Source: an uncultured archaeon (lineage in GTDB: Archaea; Thermoproteota; Nitrososphaeria_A; Caldarchaeales; Wolframiiraptoraceae). From it: 64,000 nucleotides of DNA. The stretch is taken from positions 64,001-128,000 of the forward strand of contig CALKCF010000007.1 of the NCBI GenBank assembly GCA_938083505.1. Direction: 5' to 3'. A program made the translations under genes and the position numbers. This document shows positions 39,732 to 50,390 of this stretch, in pieces (positions within the stretch are counted from its first letter, which is position 1; each line of letters opens with the position of its first letter). Under the pieces are notes generated by a model. It searched no databases, was not told the DNA's origin, and worked only from the letters and a program-made list of their open reading frames with translations.

Positions 39732-39889
39732 AACTTCTTAAATTTAAATTTCAAGTATATTTATAATAAGCTTTATTAAAAAACTAATAATGTAAATACT
39801 TTAATTATCAAAAAAAGCTCTGGTCTGGTATTGATTAACATCGTTAGGTAGGTATATATTTATTAGATTGATGTTGAAGATGGGTGTAG
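39732..39889. promoter_or_regulatory. AT-rich divergent promoter region hdrC/hypF
   Basis: Several TTTA(T/A)A-like boxes between divergently oriented genes. Confidence 0.45.
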
Positions 39890-42184
39890 TTGATGAAAAA
39901 TATTAGAGCAGAAATCAGGGTTTCGGGCATAGTCCAAGGAGTAGGCTTTAGACCGTTCGTTTATAGAATCGCTGTTAATAGGGGGCTTAAAGGATTCGTC
40001 CAGAACCTAAAGGACGCGTCGGTTAGGATAATCGTAGAAGGACCTGAATCAGACATAAAGTCATTCTTAGAAGCTCTGGTTAAGGAGAAACCACCTTTAG
40101 CTCGTATAACCAAGAGTGACGTGAGCTACTTAGAGTCAAATAATGAGTTCGTGGAGTTTAAGATACTAGAGAGCTCAAAGCAAAGTTTAGTCGCAGGCTC
40201 TGTGATACCGGCAGATGTGGCAATATGCGACGATTGTGTTAGAGAGCTCCTAGATCCTGTTGATAGACGATTCGGCTACTTCTTTATAACATGTACAAAT
40301 TGTGGACCAAGATTCACTATAATATTGGACACACCATACGACAGGCAAAATACATCCATGAGAGATTTTCCGATGTGTGAAGTGTGTATTTCTGAATATG
40401 AGGATCCCTTAAACAGGAGGTTTCATGCACAAACGATTGCGTGTTCCAAATGCGGTCCAAAAGTTTATCTAACAACCAATGATGGGGAGTTAGTTACATG
40501 TAAAGAACCGATAAAGGAAGCCGCTAAGCTTATTGACGAAGGATACATAGTAGCAATAAAGGGGAACGGTGGCTTTCATGTGGCAACAGCAACGACAATC
40601 TCAGAGCCCATAATAAGGCTTAGGAAGGCTAAGCATAGACGACAGAAACCTTTTGCAATAATGGCTAAAGATTTGAAGACCATAAGATCTTTTGCTATTG
40701 TTAGTGAGCAAGAGGAAGAACTGCTCACGTCCCTAGCGCGCCCTATCGTTTTATTACGCAAAAGCGAGGACTACTATCTATCTAAAGAGATAGCACCAGG
40801 TCTCCATAACATAGGCGTAATGCTACCATATACAGGCTTGCATCTTCTATTGCTACTTAATAGTAAGGAGCCAGCGTACGTGATGACAAGCGCAAACCCG
40901 TCAGGTGAGCCGATAGTTATACAAAATCAAGAAGCCTATGTAAGAATCAAAAGGGACGTTGACTACATGCTCCTTCATGATCGGGAAATTGTTAACAGAT
41001 GCGATGATTCCGTTGTAAGGGTTGTTGACGGCTCTATAAGCTTTATACGCCGTTCAAGGGGTTATGCGCCAGAACCAATTATTTTATCATATGAATATAA
41101 CAAAAATATCTTTGCTTTAGGAGGTGAACTTAACGTTACTGCTTGTATCCTTATGGGCGATAAGGCGTTCTTAACGCAACATATTGGTGACATAGAATGT
41201 GTAGAAACTTATGAGTTTTTGAAGTCGGCAATTCACCACCTTGCTAAGCTTACCAGAGCGCAGCCAGAAGTGATAGCTCACGATCTACATCCAAGTTTTC
41301 ATACAACCAGACTCGCAGAGGAACTAGCTGAAAAGTTTAAGATACCAGCGTTACCTGTCCAGCATCACCACGCGCACGTTGCCTCAGTAATGGCAGAATA
41401 CGGATTAGAAGAAGTTATAGGAATAGCGTGCGACGGGTTCGGTTATGGTAGCGATGGCTTAGCGTGGGGTGGTGAAGTTCTTTTATGCGATGATAACGGT
41501 TATCGTCGTATGGGACATCTGGAGAATCATCCAATGCCAGGTGGTGATCTTGCGACAAAGTATCCAATAAGGATGGCCGCGGGAATACTATTTGGGTCAA
41601 ATTTATGTGAGGAATGGTTATTTTTGAATGCTGATAAACTTCCAAGAGGAAGATACGAAGCAGAATTAATATTAAAACAGCTCAAGAATGGAAAAAATAT
41701 AAAGACTTCGAGCGTTGGTAGGATTTTGGATAGTGTTGCAGCCATATTAGGTATATGTTACGAGAGAACCTACGAAGGTGAACCTCCCATGAAGCTCGAG
41801 TCCGCAGCAATAGGTGGCTCGGACATCTTGAGGCTTAAACCAGAAATAAAAGGCAGGGTCTTGAACACAAAATGCTTGGTAGAATCAATTGCGGAAATAG
41901 CGATAAAAGGATTGGATCCAAAGAAGGTAAGAGACCTTGCTTTCTCAGCCCAGAATTATCTGGCAGTAGGCTTAGCTGAGCTTGCATTGGAAATAGCAAT
42001 CAGTGAAGGTGTGAAGAACATTGCTTTCACGGGTGGTGTGGCATACAACGAACAAATAATGGCGACGGTACGGCGAATTGTTGAGGTTAGAGGTTTTAGG
42101 TTCTATACAAATACGAGGGCTCCACCCGGTGATGGTGGGCTCTCGCTCGGTCAAGCAGCAATCGCAGCTAAATTGAGCAATTAG
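39890..42184 (+). CDS. hypF: Carbamoyltransferase HypF
   Basis: GIVQGVGFRPF, CxxC zinc fingers, QHHHAH and PPGDGGLSLGQ. Confidence 0.97.
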   Translation: MMKNIRAEIRVSGIVQGVGFRPFVYRIAVNRGLKGFVQNLKDASVRIIVEGPESDIKSFLEALVKEKPPLARITKSDVSYLESNNEFVEFKILESSKQSLVAGSVIPADVAICDDCVRELLDPVDRRFGYFFITCTNCGPRFTIILDTPYDRQNTSMRDFPMCEVCISEYEDPLNRRFHAQTIACSKCGPKVYLTTNDGELVTCKEPIKEAAKLIDEGYIVAIKGNGGFHVATATTISEPIIRLRKAKHRRQKPFAIMAKDLKTIRSFAIVSEQEEELLTSLARPIVLLRKSEDYYLSKEIAPGLHNIGVMLPYTGLHLLLLLNSKEPAYVMTSANPSGEPIVIQNQEAYVRIKRDVDYMLLHDREIVNRCDDSVVRVVDGSISFIRRSRGYAPEPIILSYEYNKNIFALGGELNVTACILMGDKAFLTQHIGDIECVETYEFLKSAIHHLAKLTRAQPEVIAHDLHPSFHTTRLAEELAEKFKIPALPVQHHHAHVASVMAEYGLEEVIGIACDGFGYGSDGLAWGGEVLLCDDNGYRRMGHLENHPMPGGDLATKYPIRMAAGILFGSNLCEEWLFLNADKLPRGRYEAELILKQLKNGKNIKTSSVGRILDSVAAILGICYERTYEGEPPMKLESAAIGGSDILRLKPEIKGRVLNTKCLVESIAEIAIKGLDPKKVRDLAFSAQNYLAVGLAELALEIAISEGVKNIAFTGGVAYNEQIMATVRRIVEVRGFRFYTNTRAPPGDGGLSLGQAAIAAKLSN

Positions 42185-42323
42185 TGCTATAATTTTTTAA
42201 TGTTAGGTTATTTTATAGACTCTAGATAATAAATAGCGTTATAAACGTTATAGAGTATCTCGAAGGGTTATTCAATAACTGAGAAGCAGATATAAGGCAC
42301 CGCTGATTTAAATCTATGAACAT

Positions 42324-43121
42324 ATGGTCTGGTCTGAAAAGACGGACAACACTATAACCGTCAGTGAAAGAGTTAAAAAGGCCATGCAAAACCTAGGTCT
42401 TACTGATTACGAGGTTAGGGCATATCTTCCACTTATCCAAATAGGTCCATTGACCGCTAGCGAGTTGAGCAGCATAGCTGAAATACCTTATTCAAAGATT
42501 TATGAGGTATTAGGAAGCCTGGAGGAGAAAGGATGGATCGAGGTAGAGGGCGGAAGGCCTGCAAGATATCACGCAAAATCTCCAATTACAGCTGTCGAGA
42601 CTATGAAATTAAAGCTTGAGGAAAAAATCCAACAAAATAGCAATATAATAATATCCGAACTTATGCCAATATTTGAGAATAGGTGGGCCAAGGAAAAGCC
42701 AGACATCTGGATATTAAGAGGGGAGCAGAATATTTTAGCTAAGCTGAAAGAGCTTATCACTAATTGCGAGCGGGAACTTTTATTGGCAACACCAACTCTT
42801 TCTAAAGAGCTTTTACATATGTTGTTACCGTTTTTTATAACAATCAAGGGGAAGAATGGTAGAGTACAAATAATGCTCACGTCAGATATTGAACAACAAA
42901 CGTTGAAGAAGTTAGCCGAAGTTGCAGAAGTCAGGGTCAGAGAACATATGTTTGGCTGCGGTGCGATTCGTGATTTGAAGGAGGTTATGATAATGTTTGT
43001 AGCAGAAAACGGAAAGAGACCAGCTATAGCTATATGGTCAGAGCATGCGAGTTTAGCAAAGTTTGCCAGGGACTACTTTGACTACCTTTGGAACAGCGCA
43101 TATCCTATAAAAAAAGTTTAA
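42324..43121 (+). CDS. TrmB family transcriptional regulator
   Basis: LGLTDYEVRAY..IPYSKIYEVL..LEEKGW..GRPARY and a C-terminal PLD-like domain. Confidence 0.9.
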   Translation: MVWSEKTDNTITVSERVKKAMQNLGLTDYEVRAYLPLIQIGPLTASELSSIAEIPYSKIYEVLGSLEEKGWIEVEGGRPARYHAKSPITAVETMKLKLEEKIQQNSNIIISELMPIFENRWAKEKPDIWILRGEQNILAKLKELITNCERELLLATPTLSKELLHMLLPFFITIKGKNGRVQIMLTSDIEQQTLKKLAEVAEVRVREHMFGCGAIRDLKEVMIMFVAENGKRPAIAIWSEHASLAKFARDYFDYLWNSAYPIKKV

Positions 43122-43148
43122 AGTCACCATTAAATAAATTCGAATCGT

Positions 43149-45959
43149 ATGCGGACCACATACCACCCAAATAGAAAGTCACTCTCAAGAAGATGGGCAA
43201 TTAGGATAATGGCGGCGATAATAATCTTATTAATGTTTTTTATAATCGGCAGTCAGACAGTCAACATATTCCTAAATTTCATAGAGTTCGGCGAACTTTT
43301 CATAAGACCCTTTTACTATGCGTTGATTGGTGGTCTAACACTTTCGGCAATAGCTTTTTTTAGAGTCGATTTTAAGAATAGAAGGTCGCTCATTTTTTGG
43401 TTCCTCAAGTTATTCGTAACTGTTGTTAGAAGTCCTGGTATAATCCATATTGATCTAATGGATTTTTCAAACTTTAAGATGAGTGTGCGTAATTTTGTAG
43501 TTTGGCAGATAACGAAAACAATATTGGGAATGGTATTTTTCACAAACACACTCTTCGGTATGTCAGTGTTATCTATGCTGAATGGGTGGGACCCAGGGTT
43601 GGGTGAGATTTGGAGGATATTCCTCTTACCGTTCATCACACCACCCATTAACGAGTCTTTCGCCCAAACTATGGTAATGCCGACACTTCCAGCATTGTTG
43701 CTTATCGTACCCCTAATACTCAACGCGCTAGGGGTTAGGATTGTCGTTTTAGTAGGCCTCACACAGTTAATTAAGAGCATTACTACGTCATTCATAAAGT
43801 ATTTAGAGGAAGGTAAACTCATAATACCTATTGCTACAATAGAAGCGTTAATAGCTGTTGGACTCTTTTGGACTGCTTTTAATTCGTTCTTTACGACGTA
43901 CATAGATTATAACACGAAAGTAACCCTCATAGCAACGATAACTGTTGCGACGTTATTTGCGGTTTACGCATATATTGACTCTCGTAAATTAAGCAGTCTG
44001 GGAAACATTTATGTGAGAATCGGTGCTATAGTACTTGTCGCCTTACTAGCGGGCTCTATTATCGCCATACAAAATAGCATAGCGGATGCGAGAAAAGTAG
44101 AGTGGTTGGGCCCTTATGTCGTCCAAGAAATATCTGTAAATCGCTATTTTGCAGAACTTGATAAGATTAAGGAATTACCGTATAATTTTTCTATAAAAGA
44201 GGTACGTCAAGAAGTAATACCTCTGTATGTTGAAAAAAATAAAAACCTATTATCAAAGATTAGGTTATGGGATTGGGATGCGGCATTCACAAAGCTTAAG
44301 CCGGAGATAGGCCTTATACCATATGTTGATTTTGAAGATTCTGACATAATAAGGTTCAACGGTACACTTTACTGGAGCGCATCTATGAAACCTATACTAC
44401 CAGCGTTCGTGAGACCTGAAGATCGTTGGTTCAACGAACACATGGTTTATACACATGTACCAAACGGTTTCCTTTTACTGAATGCACATAACGGAACAAT
44501 TGAAGATTCTAGCAAATTTTTTAAACAGCGTAGAGTCTATTACGGGGAAGGTGGGTTACTTTCAACTACATGGTCAGCTTATGTGGTTGGTGAAGAAGTA
44601 AGTAAAGAGGTTGGCGGAAACTTCTATTCAGGAAAAGGCGGTGTAGATACTCATCCACCGTTGAGCTGGTTATTTGATGTAACGTTCATGTTATCATATC
44701 CCGACAAAATAGTTCACATAATGAGGTACAAAGACGTATATGATCGAATGAAACTTCTATTCCCTTACTTCTCGTATGAGTGGGAGAATCAACGAATTGA
44801 TATGTTTCCAGTAACGGATGGTGAAAGGACCTATTGGTTAATGCCACTCATCTTTAGGATAGCTGCTGAGAATGTGCCATGGAGTAAGGGCGCGTTCTTT
44901 ACACGCTTTGTTGGTTACTCGTTGATAGATGTCTACGATGGGACAGTACAACTTATAGTAATAGGTGATGATTTCTTCAGCGAGCTGTTCAAAAACCTTT
45001 ATGCCGAATATGTTAGCGCAGAAATACCTGTTTGGTTATATAAACAAACCAGGTATCCTGTTGAGTTATTTGAATGGAGGATTGGTATGTACAACAAGTA
45101 TCATGTCAGGAATCCTGCTACATTTATAGGTGCAAGGGAGTTTTTCGAAATCCCTGAAGGGGTCGAAACGTACTTCGTATACGCACAACCGCCTGGTTTC
45201 GAGGACATCGAGTTCATTGGCATACTTTCTTTACAACTTAAAGGCGCTTTAGGAAGGAATCTCGCAGGTTATGCTATTGTAAGAAATGACTATCCCCATC
45301 TTGGTGAAGTAATCGTCTATAAAGTCCCCTTAGAGTCCGCAGTTAAGCTTTTAGGTCCAACGGCAGCACTTGAAGCCTTAAAAAGGGACCCGGTCTTTAA
45401 GCAGATGGAGACCCTGCTTAGAAATCCAAGGATAGGTGACGTTATATTATACCAAATCGGTGAATACCCAGTTTACTTTATTCCAGTATATACGGCACCG
45501 GCAGAGGGTGTCGTAACAACGATTGGTACTGTAGCAGTTGTAGGTGCCACTTTTACCGGTGAATACTACGTGGGCCTTGGATCTACGCCTGAGAGCGCAT
45601 TCAGGACGTTCATTTCAAAGTTGGCAGGGTTAGAGACGTTACCTCCTGAGATTACGGGGAGAGAACAAAGAATTTCCGACGTTAAGGAGTTTATTTCGAC
45701 ACTATTCGAGCACGCAAACGTCACAGTGAGGAGGCCCGAAAAGATAAACGCACATTTGGTTTTCCTCGAAGGTAAGGTAAGTGTAAAGTCGCTCGAAGAT
45801 TATAAAAAAGTGGAAGAGCTAGTTCAGATGTTTATAAAAAGATGGGTAGAAAAGAGGGTTTTAGAGTGGTTAGAGGATAATGTTATTAACTACGGTGTTA
45901 TTATAATAGAAAATGGGATAATAGAATTGCATTATGTATCCGTCGTTTTAGAAGAGTAG
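43149..45959 (+). CDS. UPF0182 family membrane protein
   Basis: N-terminal TM bundle; IRLWDW, HMVYTH, R.YYGE, DVYDG and RYP..LF motifs. Confidence 0.85.
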   Translation: MRTTYHPNRKSLSRRWAIRIMAAIIILLMFFIIGSQTVNIFLNFIEFGELFIRPFYYALIGGLTLSAIAFFRVDFKNRRSLIFWFLKLFVTVVRSPGIIHIDLMDFSNFKMSVRNFVVWQITKTILGMVFFTNTLFGMSVLSMLNGWDPGLGEIWRIFLLPFITPPINESFAQTMVMPTLPALLLIVPLILNALGVRIVVLVGLTQLIKSITTSFIKYLEEGKLIIPIATIEALIAVGLFWTAFNSFFTTYIDYNTKVTLIATITVATLFAVYAYIDSRKLSSLGNIYVRIGAIVLVALLAGSIIAIQNSIADARKVEWLGPYVVQEISVNRYFAELDKIKELPYNFSIKEVRQEVIPLYVEKNKNLLSKIRLWDWDAAFTKLKPEIGLIPYVDFEDSDIIRFNGTLYWSASMKPILPAFVRPEDRWFNEHMVYTHVPNGFLLLNAHNGTIEDSSKFFKQRRVYYGEGGLLSTTWSAYVVGEEVSKEVGGNFYSGKGGVDTHPPLSWLFDVTFMLSYPDKIVHIMRYKDVYDRMKLLFPYFSYEWENQRIDMFPVTDGERTYWLMPLIFRIAAENVPWSKGAFFTRFVGYSLIDVYDGTVQLIVIGDDFFSELFKNLYAEYVSAEIPVWLYKQTRYPVELFEWRIGMYNKYHVRNPATFIGAREFFEIPEGVETYFVYAQPPGFEDIEFIGILSLQLKGALGRNLAGYAIVRNDYPHLGEVIVYKVPLESAVKLLGPTAALEALKRDPVFKQMETLLRNPRIGDVILYQIGEYPVYFIPVYTAPAEGVVTTIGTVAVVGATFTGEYYVGLGSTPESAFRTFISKLAGLETLPPEITGREQRISDVKEFISTLFEHANVTVRRPEKINAHLVFLEGKVSVKSLEDYKKVEELVQMFIKRWVEKRVLEWLEDNVINYGVIIIENGIIELHYVSVVLEE

Positions 45960-45971
45960 TCGGTGTAAAGT

Positions 45972-46394
45972 ATGCAGACCAGCAAGAATCACAAAGTTCA
46001 GGAGTTTAGGCCCTTGATGGTAGTGCTTTTGACAGTGCTTATGATTGTAGTTATCGTATTTGCCCTTAGAATGCATAGAGGGTTTATAGGAATAGTATTG
46101 ACATTACTTGTAATATTTATACTATTTTACTGGATAAAAGAGATTCGTAAGATGCTCAAAAAATCAGGACTGAAAGATTTTATATACGAAGTATTAGATG
46201 AGGGAAATTACGTAAGCATAATTGCACAAGTTCCAGGCCCTGAAGACGATGTAAAGGTATTGATGTTAGGTAAGCGTGTAATCATAAAAGGTGGGGACGG
46301 TTTTAGAAAGACTGTAACTTTGCCCTATAATGTGGAGCTGGTAAATAAAACATACAAAAATGGGATTTTAACAATAAAAATGCAAAAATTGTAG
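45972..46394 (+). CDS. Hsp20/alpha-crystallin-like protein with two N-terminal TM helices
   Basis: Two hydrophobic helices followed by IIAQVPGP..F.K.V.LP..TYKNGILTI. Confidence 0.7.
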   Translation: MQTSKNHKVQEFRPLMVVLLTVLMIVVIVFALRMHRGFIGIVLTLLVIFILFYWIKEIRKMLKKSGLKDFIYEVLDEGNYVSIIAQVPGPEDDVKVLMLGKRVIIKGGDGFRKTVTLPYNVELVNKTYKNGILTIKMQKL

Positions 46395-46416
46395 GATTTT
46401 TAACATTTGATTTTTG

Positions 46417-48054
46417 CTAAAGTTCGCTCTTCTTCTCCTCTTCGCTCTTCTTCTCTGTAAACTTCTTCCTTGAAGCAGCGACAACGTCATCGATACGCAA
46501 TATCATCGCAGCTGCCTCTAAAGATGACTTCAACGCATTCTCTTTGACTCTTAGCGGCTCTAGGACGCCCAGCTTTAACATATCTTCGACCTTACCGTTG
46601 AAGAGGTTAATGCCATAACTCTTGCCATTATTCTCATGGGCATGTCGTAACGAGGCCATTATCTCAACAGGCTCAAGACCTGCATTCTCCGCAAGGGTTC
46701 TCGGTACGACTTCTATGGCATCGGCGAAAGCAAGGAAGGCCAACTGTTCCTTGCCCGTTAGCTTACCCATCTCTTTTCGTATAGCCTTAGCTATTTCTAT
46801 TTCTGTTGCACCACCACCCGGTACTATTTTGTTGTTTTCAACAAGGTTGATGACGTTCATGATAGCATCGTTTAAAGCCCTCTCGGCCTCATCCATCTGT
46901 CTCTCCAGACCTGCGCGAATCATTATGGAAACCGCACCAGGATTCTCGCATTTTTCAACGAACACTAGTCTATCCTCGCCTATTTTCCTCTCCTCTACCA
47001 GCCCAGCACTTCCTAAATCTTTCTCAATGAGACTTTCGATGTTTGTGACGATTCTCCCTCCTGTAGCTTTTGCCAACTTTTCCATGTCGGACCTCTTAAC
47101 GCGTCTTACGGCGAGTATGCCGGCCTTCGCTAAGAAGAACTGGGCGGCATCATCTATACCCTTCTGACATACCACGACGTTTGCACCGACAGAAACTATC
47201 TTATCAACCATTTCTTTGAGTATGTTTGTCTCTTCGTCCAAGAACGCCTTTATCTTAGATGGATCTCTGATCCTGATTTCGGCGCTGAATTCTGTCTTTT
47301 CTATCTCAAGCGGCGTGTCAAGTAGCGCTATCTTAGCATTCTCTACTCTCTTTGGCATTGCGGGATGGACAACCTCTTTATCAATTACAATGCCTCTTAC
47401 AAGCTCGGACTCCATGAGACTCTTACCAACTTTCTTCACGATTTGTATGTCGTCTTTATCAGCTACCAATTTGCCATCTCTTTCCTTTACGACCGAAAGT
47501 ACAGCCTCTATCGCTAAGTCAGCTATATGGTCCAATGCATATCCTAGCGATTTGCTACCAAGCGCAGTCTTTACAACGTTCTTGATCGTATTCTTGTCTT
47601 TCAGGTCTACGGTTAACGTTATATCTTGGAGAGTCTTATATGCAATGTCCAGTGCCTTTCTATAACCACTAATTATGGTGCTTGGGTGGATTTTCTGCTC
47701 CATGAGTTCCTCGGCCTTTTTAAGAAGCTCACCCGCCAAGATGACTGCTGTAGTTGTACCATCACCAACCGTTTCATCTTGCGCTTTAGCGACCTCTACC
47801 ATCATCTTAGCAGCAGGGTGCTCGACGTCTATCTTCTTGAGAATAGTTGCACCGTCATTCGTGACAACGACGTCGCCTAGACTATCTACTAACATTTTAT
47901 CCATTCCTTTCGGCCCAAGCGTACTCTTGACCATTTCCGCGACTATCTTGGCTGCCAAGATATTGTTATGCTGGGCCGGTCTACCTCTTGTCCTTTGAGT
48001 CCCTTCTTTTAATATTAAGATAGGCTGCTTTACCATAGACATGTTTAATATCAC
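46417..48054 (-). CDS. Thermosome (group II chaperonin) subunit
   Basis: [29 protein letters not shown] and LRIDD. Confidence 0.97.
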   Translation of the reverse strand: MILNMSMVKQPILILKEGTQRTRGRPAQHNNILAAKIVAEMVKSTLGPKGMDKMLVDSLGDVVVTNDGATILKKIDVEHPAAKMMVEVAKAQDETVGDGTTTAVILAGELLKKAEELMEQKIHPSTIISGYRKALDIAYKTLQDITLTVDLKDKNTIKNVVKTALGSKSLGYALDHIADLAIEAVLSVVKERDGKLVADKDDIQIVKKVGKSLMESELVRGIVIDKEVVHPAMPKRVENAKIALLDTPLEIEKTEFSAEIRIRDPSKIKAFLDEETNILKEMVDKIVSVGANVVVCQKGIDDAAQFFLAKAGILAVRRVKRSDMEKLAKATGGRIVTNIESLIEKDLGSAGLVEERKIGEDRLVFVEKCENPGAVSIMIRAGLERQMDEAERALNDAIMNVINLVENNKIVPGGGATEIEIAKAIRKEMGKLTGKEQLAFLAFADAIEVVPRTLAENAGLEPVEIMASLRHAHENNGKSYGINLFNGKVEDMLKLGVLEPLRVKENALKSSLEAAAMILRIDDVVAASRKKFTEKKSEEEKKSEL

Positions 48055-48200
48055 CTCTCAGCAGTTTTCGAGAAATTCACTGTATCAAGCAAAATATTAA
48101 GGTTTAGTCATAATTGTGTCATATTCGGACGATTTCGCTTTTTTAATTTTTTAATATGAGGAAATGCTTAATTTGTGGAGGTTTATAAAATATTTTTGCC

Positions 48201-48275
48201 GCTCCGGTAGTATAGTCCGGTTAAGTATACGGGCCTCTCGAGCCCGGGACCCGGGTTCAAATCCCGGCCGGAGCA
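48201..48275 (+). tRNA. tRNA-Glu(CTC), intronless
   Basis: GCTCCGG/CCGGAGC+A acceptor, CGGGC-CTCTCGA-GCCCG anticodon arm and CCGGG-TTCAAAT-CCCGG T-arm. Confidence 0.95.
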
Positions 48276-48399
48276 TCATTCAACGCTTAACTAATTCGGG
48301 TCTGATACAGAAAAGAGTAGCATTGCGTTTGAATGTTTATACGTTAGGTATTACATCTAAACTTTGCCCCAATGAAGAGTCCAAAAGCTCACACGGAGC

Positions 48400-49170
48400 T
48401 TATGAAGAACCATAGGGTCGCTGAGGGGTAACTTCCTTCTTCTGTTCAAACAACGCCTCCAAACCGGAGCCGACCTTCACCTTTATACGCTCAAGCTCAT
48501 ACTTTATCTCCGGTAACTTTTCGATAAAATTTCCCAAAAGATCAATAGGCACAATCGCCACGCCACTCTCGATCTGTTTGTTTGAATCGTAAAGTGTCAA
48601 TATTGCTGGGATTATCTCGACTGTCATTTCACCTTTTCCGAGGATGCTTGATAAATATTCTGCAAACACATGAGCCCTATCTATCTGGTTCTTTATTATA
48701 AATAACAATCTTTTTCCACTTAAAACAGCATTCCATCTTTTACAGTCAAGGAGCAAGACTATAGAACTCTTTGTGGCCAGAACATCTATCTCATACCTCT
48801 TTTTTAACAACCGCAGCCTTAGGTTTGTCAGAACGTTAAATCCACATTCGCTCAGAACCTTTGCAGAAAGCGCCTCGAAATCCTTCCAAGATATGTGTCT
48901 GGCGAGAATTTCAGCAGGGGCACCATTCCTAATGCATTTCAAAACTACTGATAACCTTTCATCGCCGGTAACTTCGATATTATTCGTATTGAAGCTTTTG
49001 CCGAGCACTCTTGAGACGATTTCGAACGCAACGTCCTTTGAGACTATGCTACGCTCAGTCAACATATCTATTGTTGTCCCACTACCGTGTGACGTAAGCT
49101 TAAGCAGATTTTCAACAACCCTAGTAACTATTTCAGGTTTAAGGTTTAGGTCAGATAAAGAGTTCTTCAT
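48400..49170 (-). CDS. PD-(D/E)xK nuclease-domain protein (Mrr-cat/NERD-like)
   Basis: WKDFE..YEIDVLA..LLDCKRW..Q. Confidence 0.75.
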   Translation of the reverse strand: MKNSLSDLNLKPEIVTRVVENLLKLTSHGSGTTIDMLTERSIVSKDVAFEIVSRVLGKSFNTNNIEVTGDERLSVVLKCIRNGAPAEILARHISWKDFEALSAKVLSECGFNVLTNLRLRLLKKRYEIDVLATKSSIVLLLDCKRWNAVLSGKRLLFIIKNQIDRAHVFAEYLSSILGKGEMTVEIIPAILTLYDSNKQIESGVAIVPIDLLGNFIEKLPEIKYELERIKVKVGSGLEALFEQKKEVTPQRPYGSS

Positions 49171-49909
49171 GTTTTTCCCTTAATATGACAGATGCGGGTA
49201 CATCATCTCTTATGTACTTATAACCTCTAATTATAGCCACAGGTATACCTTCAGCAGCCTGTCCTATCACGAGTTCGGCGGCACTACATAGCTCGTCTGC
49301 GACGCATGTAATCTTTGACCGCAACATCCTCCCAAAAAGATCCACTTCACCCCTTCTATCCCACAGTGGTTGTATGCCACTACACCCTATTGCCACATTA
49401 ATCAAGCCTCTACGGAAAGGCCTACCTTGAGTATCTGATATAATAACGGCAACTCGCGAGCCTGTAAGCCTTTCTATATCTTCTCTTATCTTTTTAGCTG
49501 ACAAATCAGGGTCATCTGGTAGCGTGACGACACTGTTATCCTCGGATACATTAGACACGTCCACGCCGGCGTTAGCACAAATAATCCCGTGTTTTGTCCT
49601 AGATATTATTATTCCGTTGTATATCCTTAATATGCTTTTTGATTCCCTCAGTATAACCTCAACATGTCTGGGATCCTTTCCAACCTCTTCAGCTATACGC
49701 TTTGCTAACTCGGATGGTTCAACTTCCTCAAGATTTATTATTTTTCCTTCAGCTCTAGCCACGGCAACATGTGTAATAATAATTATATCACCGTCCTTTA
49801 TACCAACGCCCATTTTTTTAGCATTCTCAACTATTATGCTAGCTAGGTCGTCGCCAGGTCTAATAATTGGCATACCTCTTATACCTATGACCTCTATTTT
49901 GTAACTCAA
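49151..49909 (-). CDS. cofE: Coenzyme F420-0:L-glutamate ligase
   Basis: GDDL, ANAGVD.SN, LPDDPD.SA, DTQGRPFRRG and ADELCSAA..GQ..EG.P. Confidence 0.9.
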   Translation of the reverse strand: MSYKIEVIGIRGMPIIRPGDDLASIIVENAKKMGVGIKDGDIIIITHVAVARAEGKIINLEEVEPSELAKRIAEEVGKDPRHVEVILRESKSILRIYNGIIISRTKHGIICANAGVDVSNVSEDNSVVTLPDDPDLSAKKIREDIERLTGSRVAVIISDTQGRPFRRGLINVAIGCSGIQPLWDRRGEVDLFGRMLRSKITCVADELCSAAELVIGQAAEGIPVAIIRGYKYIRDDVPASVILREKHEELFI

Positions 49910-49953
49910 ACCTGTCTATTGGATTTCATCGGTAAAATATATAAGTGAACGTG

Positions 49954-50253
49954 TTATGCGCCGAACTTCTCCAGTCTTTTCTTAGCCCTAATAGTAACAT
50001 CAGCTCCAAACTTTATCTCTGGCTCGCCCGTCTCAGCTGTCTTCCGCTTAACGAATAAGCCACATCTTCCATCAGAGAGCAGCTTGACCTGTACACAACT
50101 TGCATATGGACAGCGGTGACCTGTGCAAATTCCGCCTACCCAATCACATAATGGAGGGTTTTGTTTATAGTTCAGGACCTTTTTGATACATCTAAAAAAC
50201 CTACAAAGAGGATTGCATACCGGAGTTGGTTCCCTACTAGAGGTTTGACTCAA
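49954..50253 (-). CDS. Small Cys-rich hypothetical protein
   Basis: Eight Cys in about 55 aa (CNPLC..C..CDW..C..C..C..C); likely metal binding. Confidence 0.65.
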   Translation of the reverse strand: MSQTSSREPTPVCNPLCRFFRCIKKVLNYKQNPPLCDWVGGICTGHRCPYASCVQVKLLSDGRCGLFVKRKTAETGEPEIKFGADVTIRAKKRLEKFGA

Positions 50254-50390
50254 CCTTTACCCCCTACCTGTCGGCACAGCCAACGACAATTCTCAAATTT
50301 TAATATAAATAAATTAATGTTAACATATTAATATTTTGGACTCTTTTTTACACAGGAGTAGCGTACTAGTCTTATATAGGGGTTACATTA

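Noticed and set aside
46622-47998. Long antisense ORFs opposite the thermosome (and similar ones opposite tes, hdrA and gatE)
   Set aside because: These are shadow frames of well-conserved genes with no independent motifs.
48164-48415. 83-aa ORF
   Set aside because: It overlaps tRNA-Glu and is spurious.
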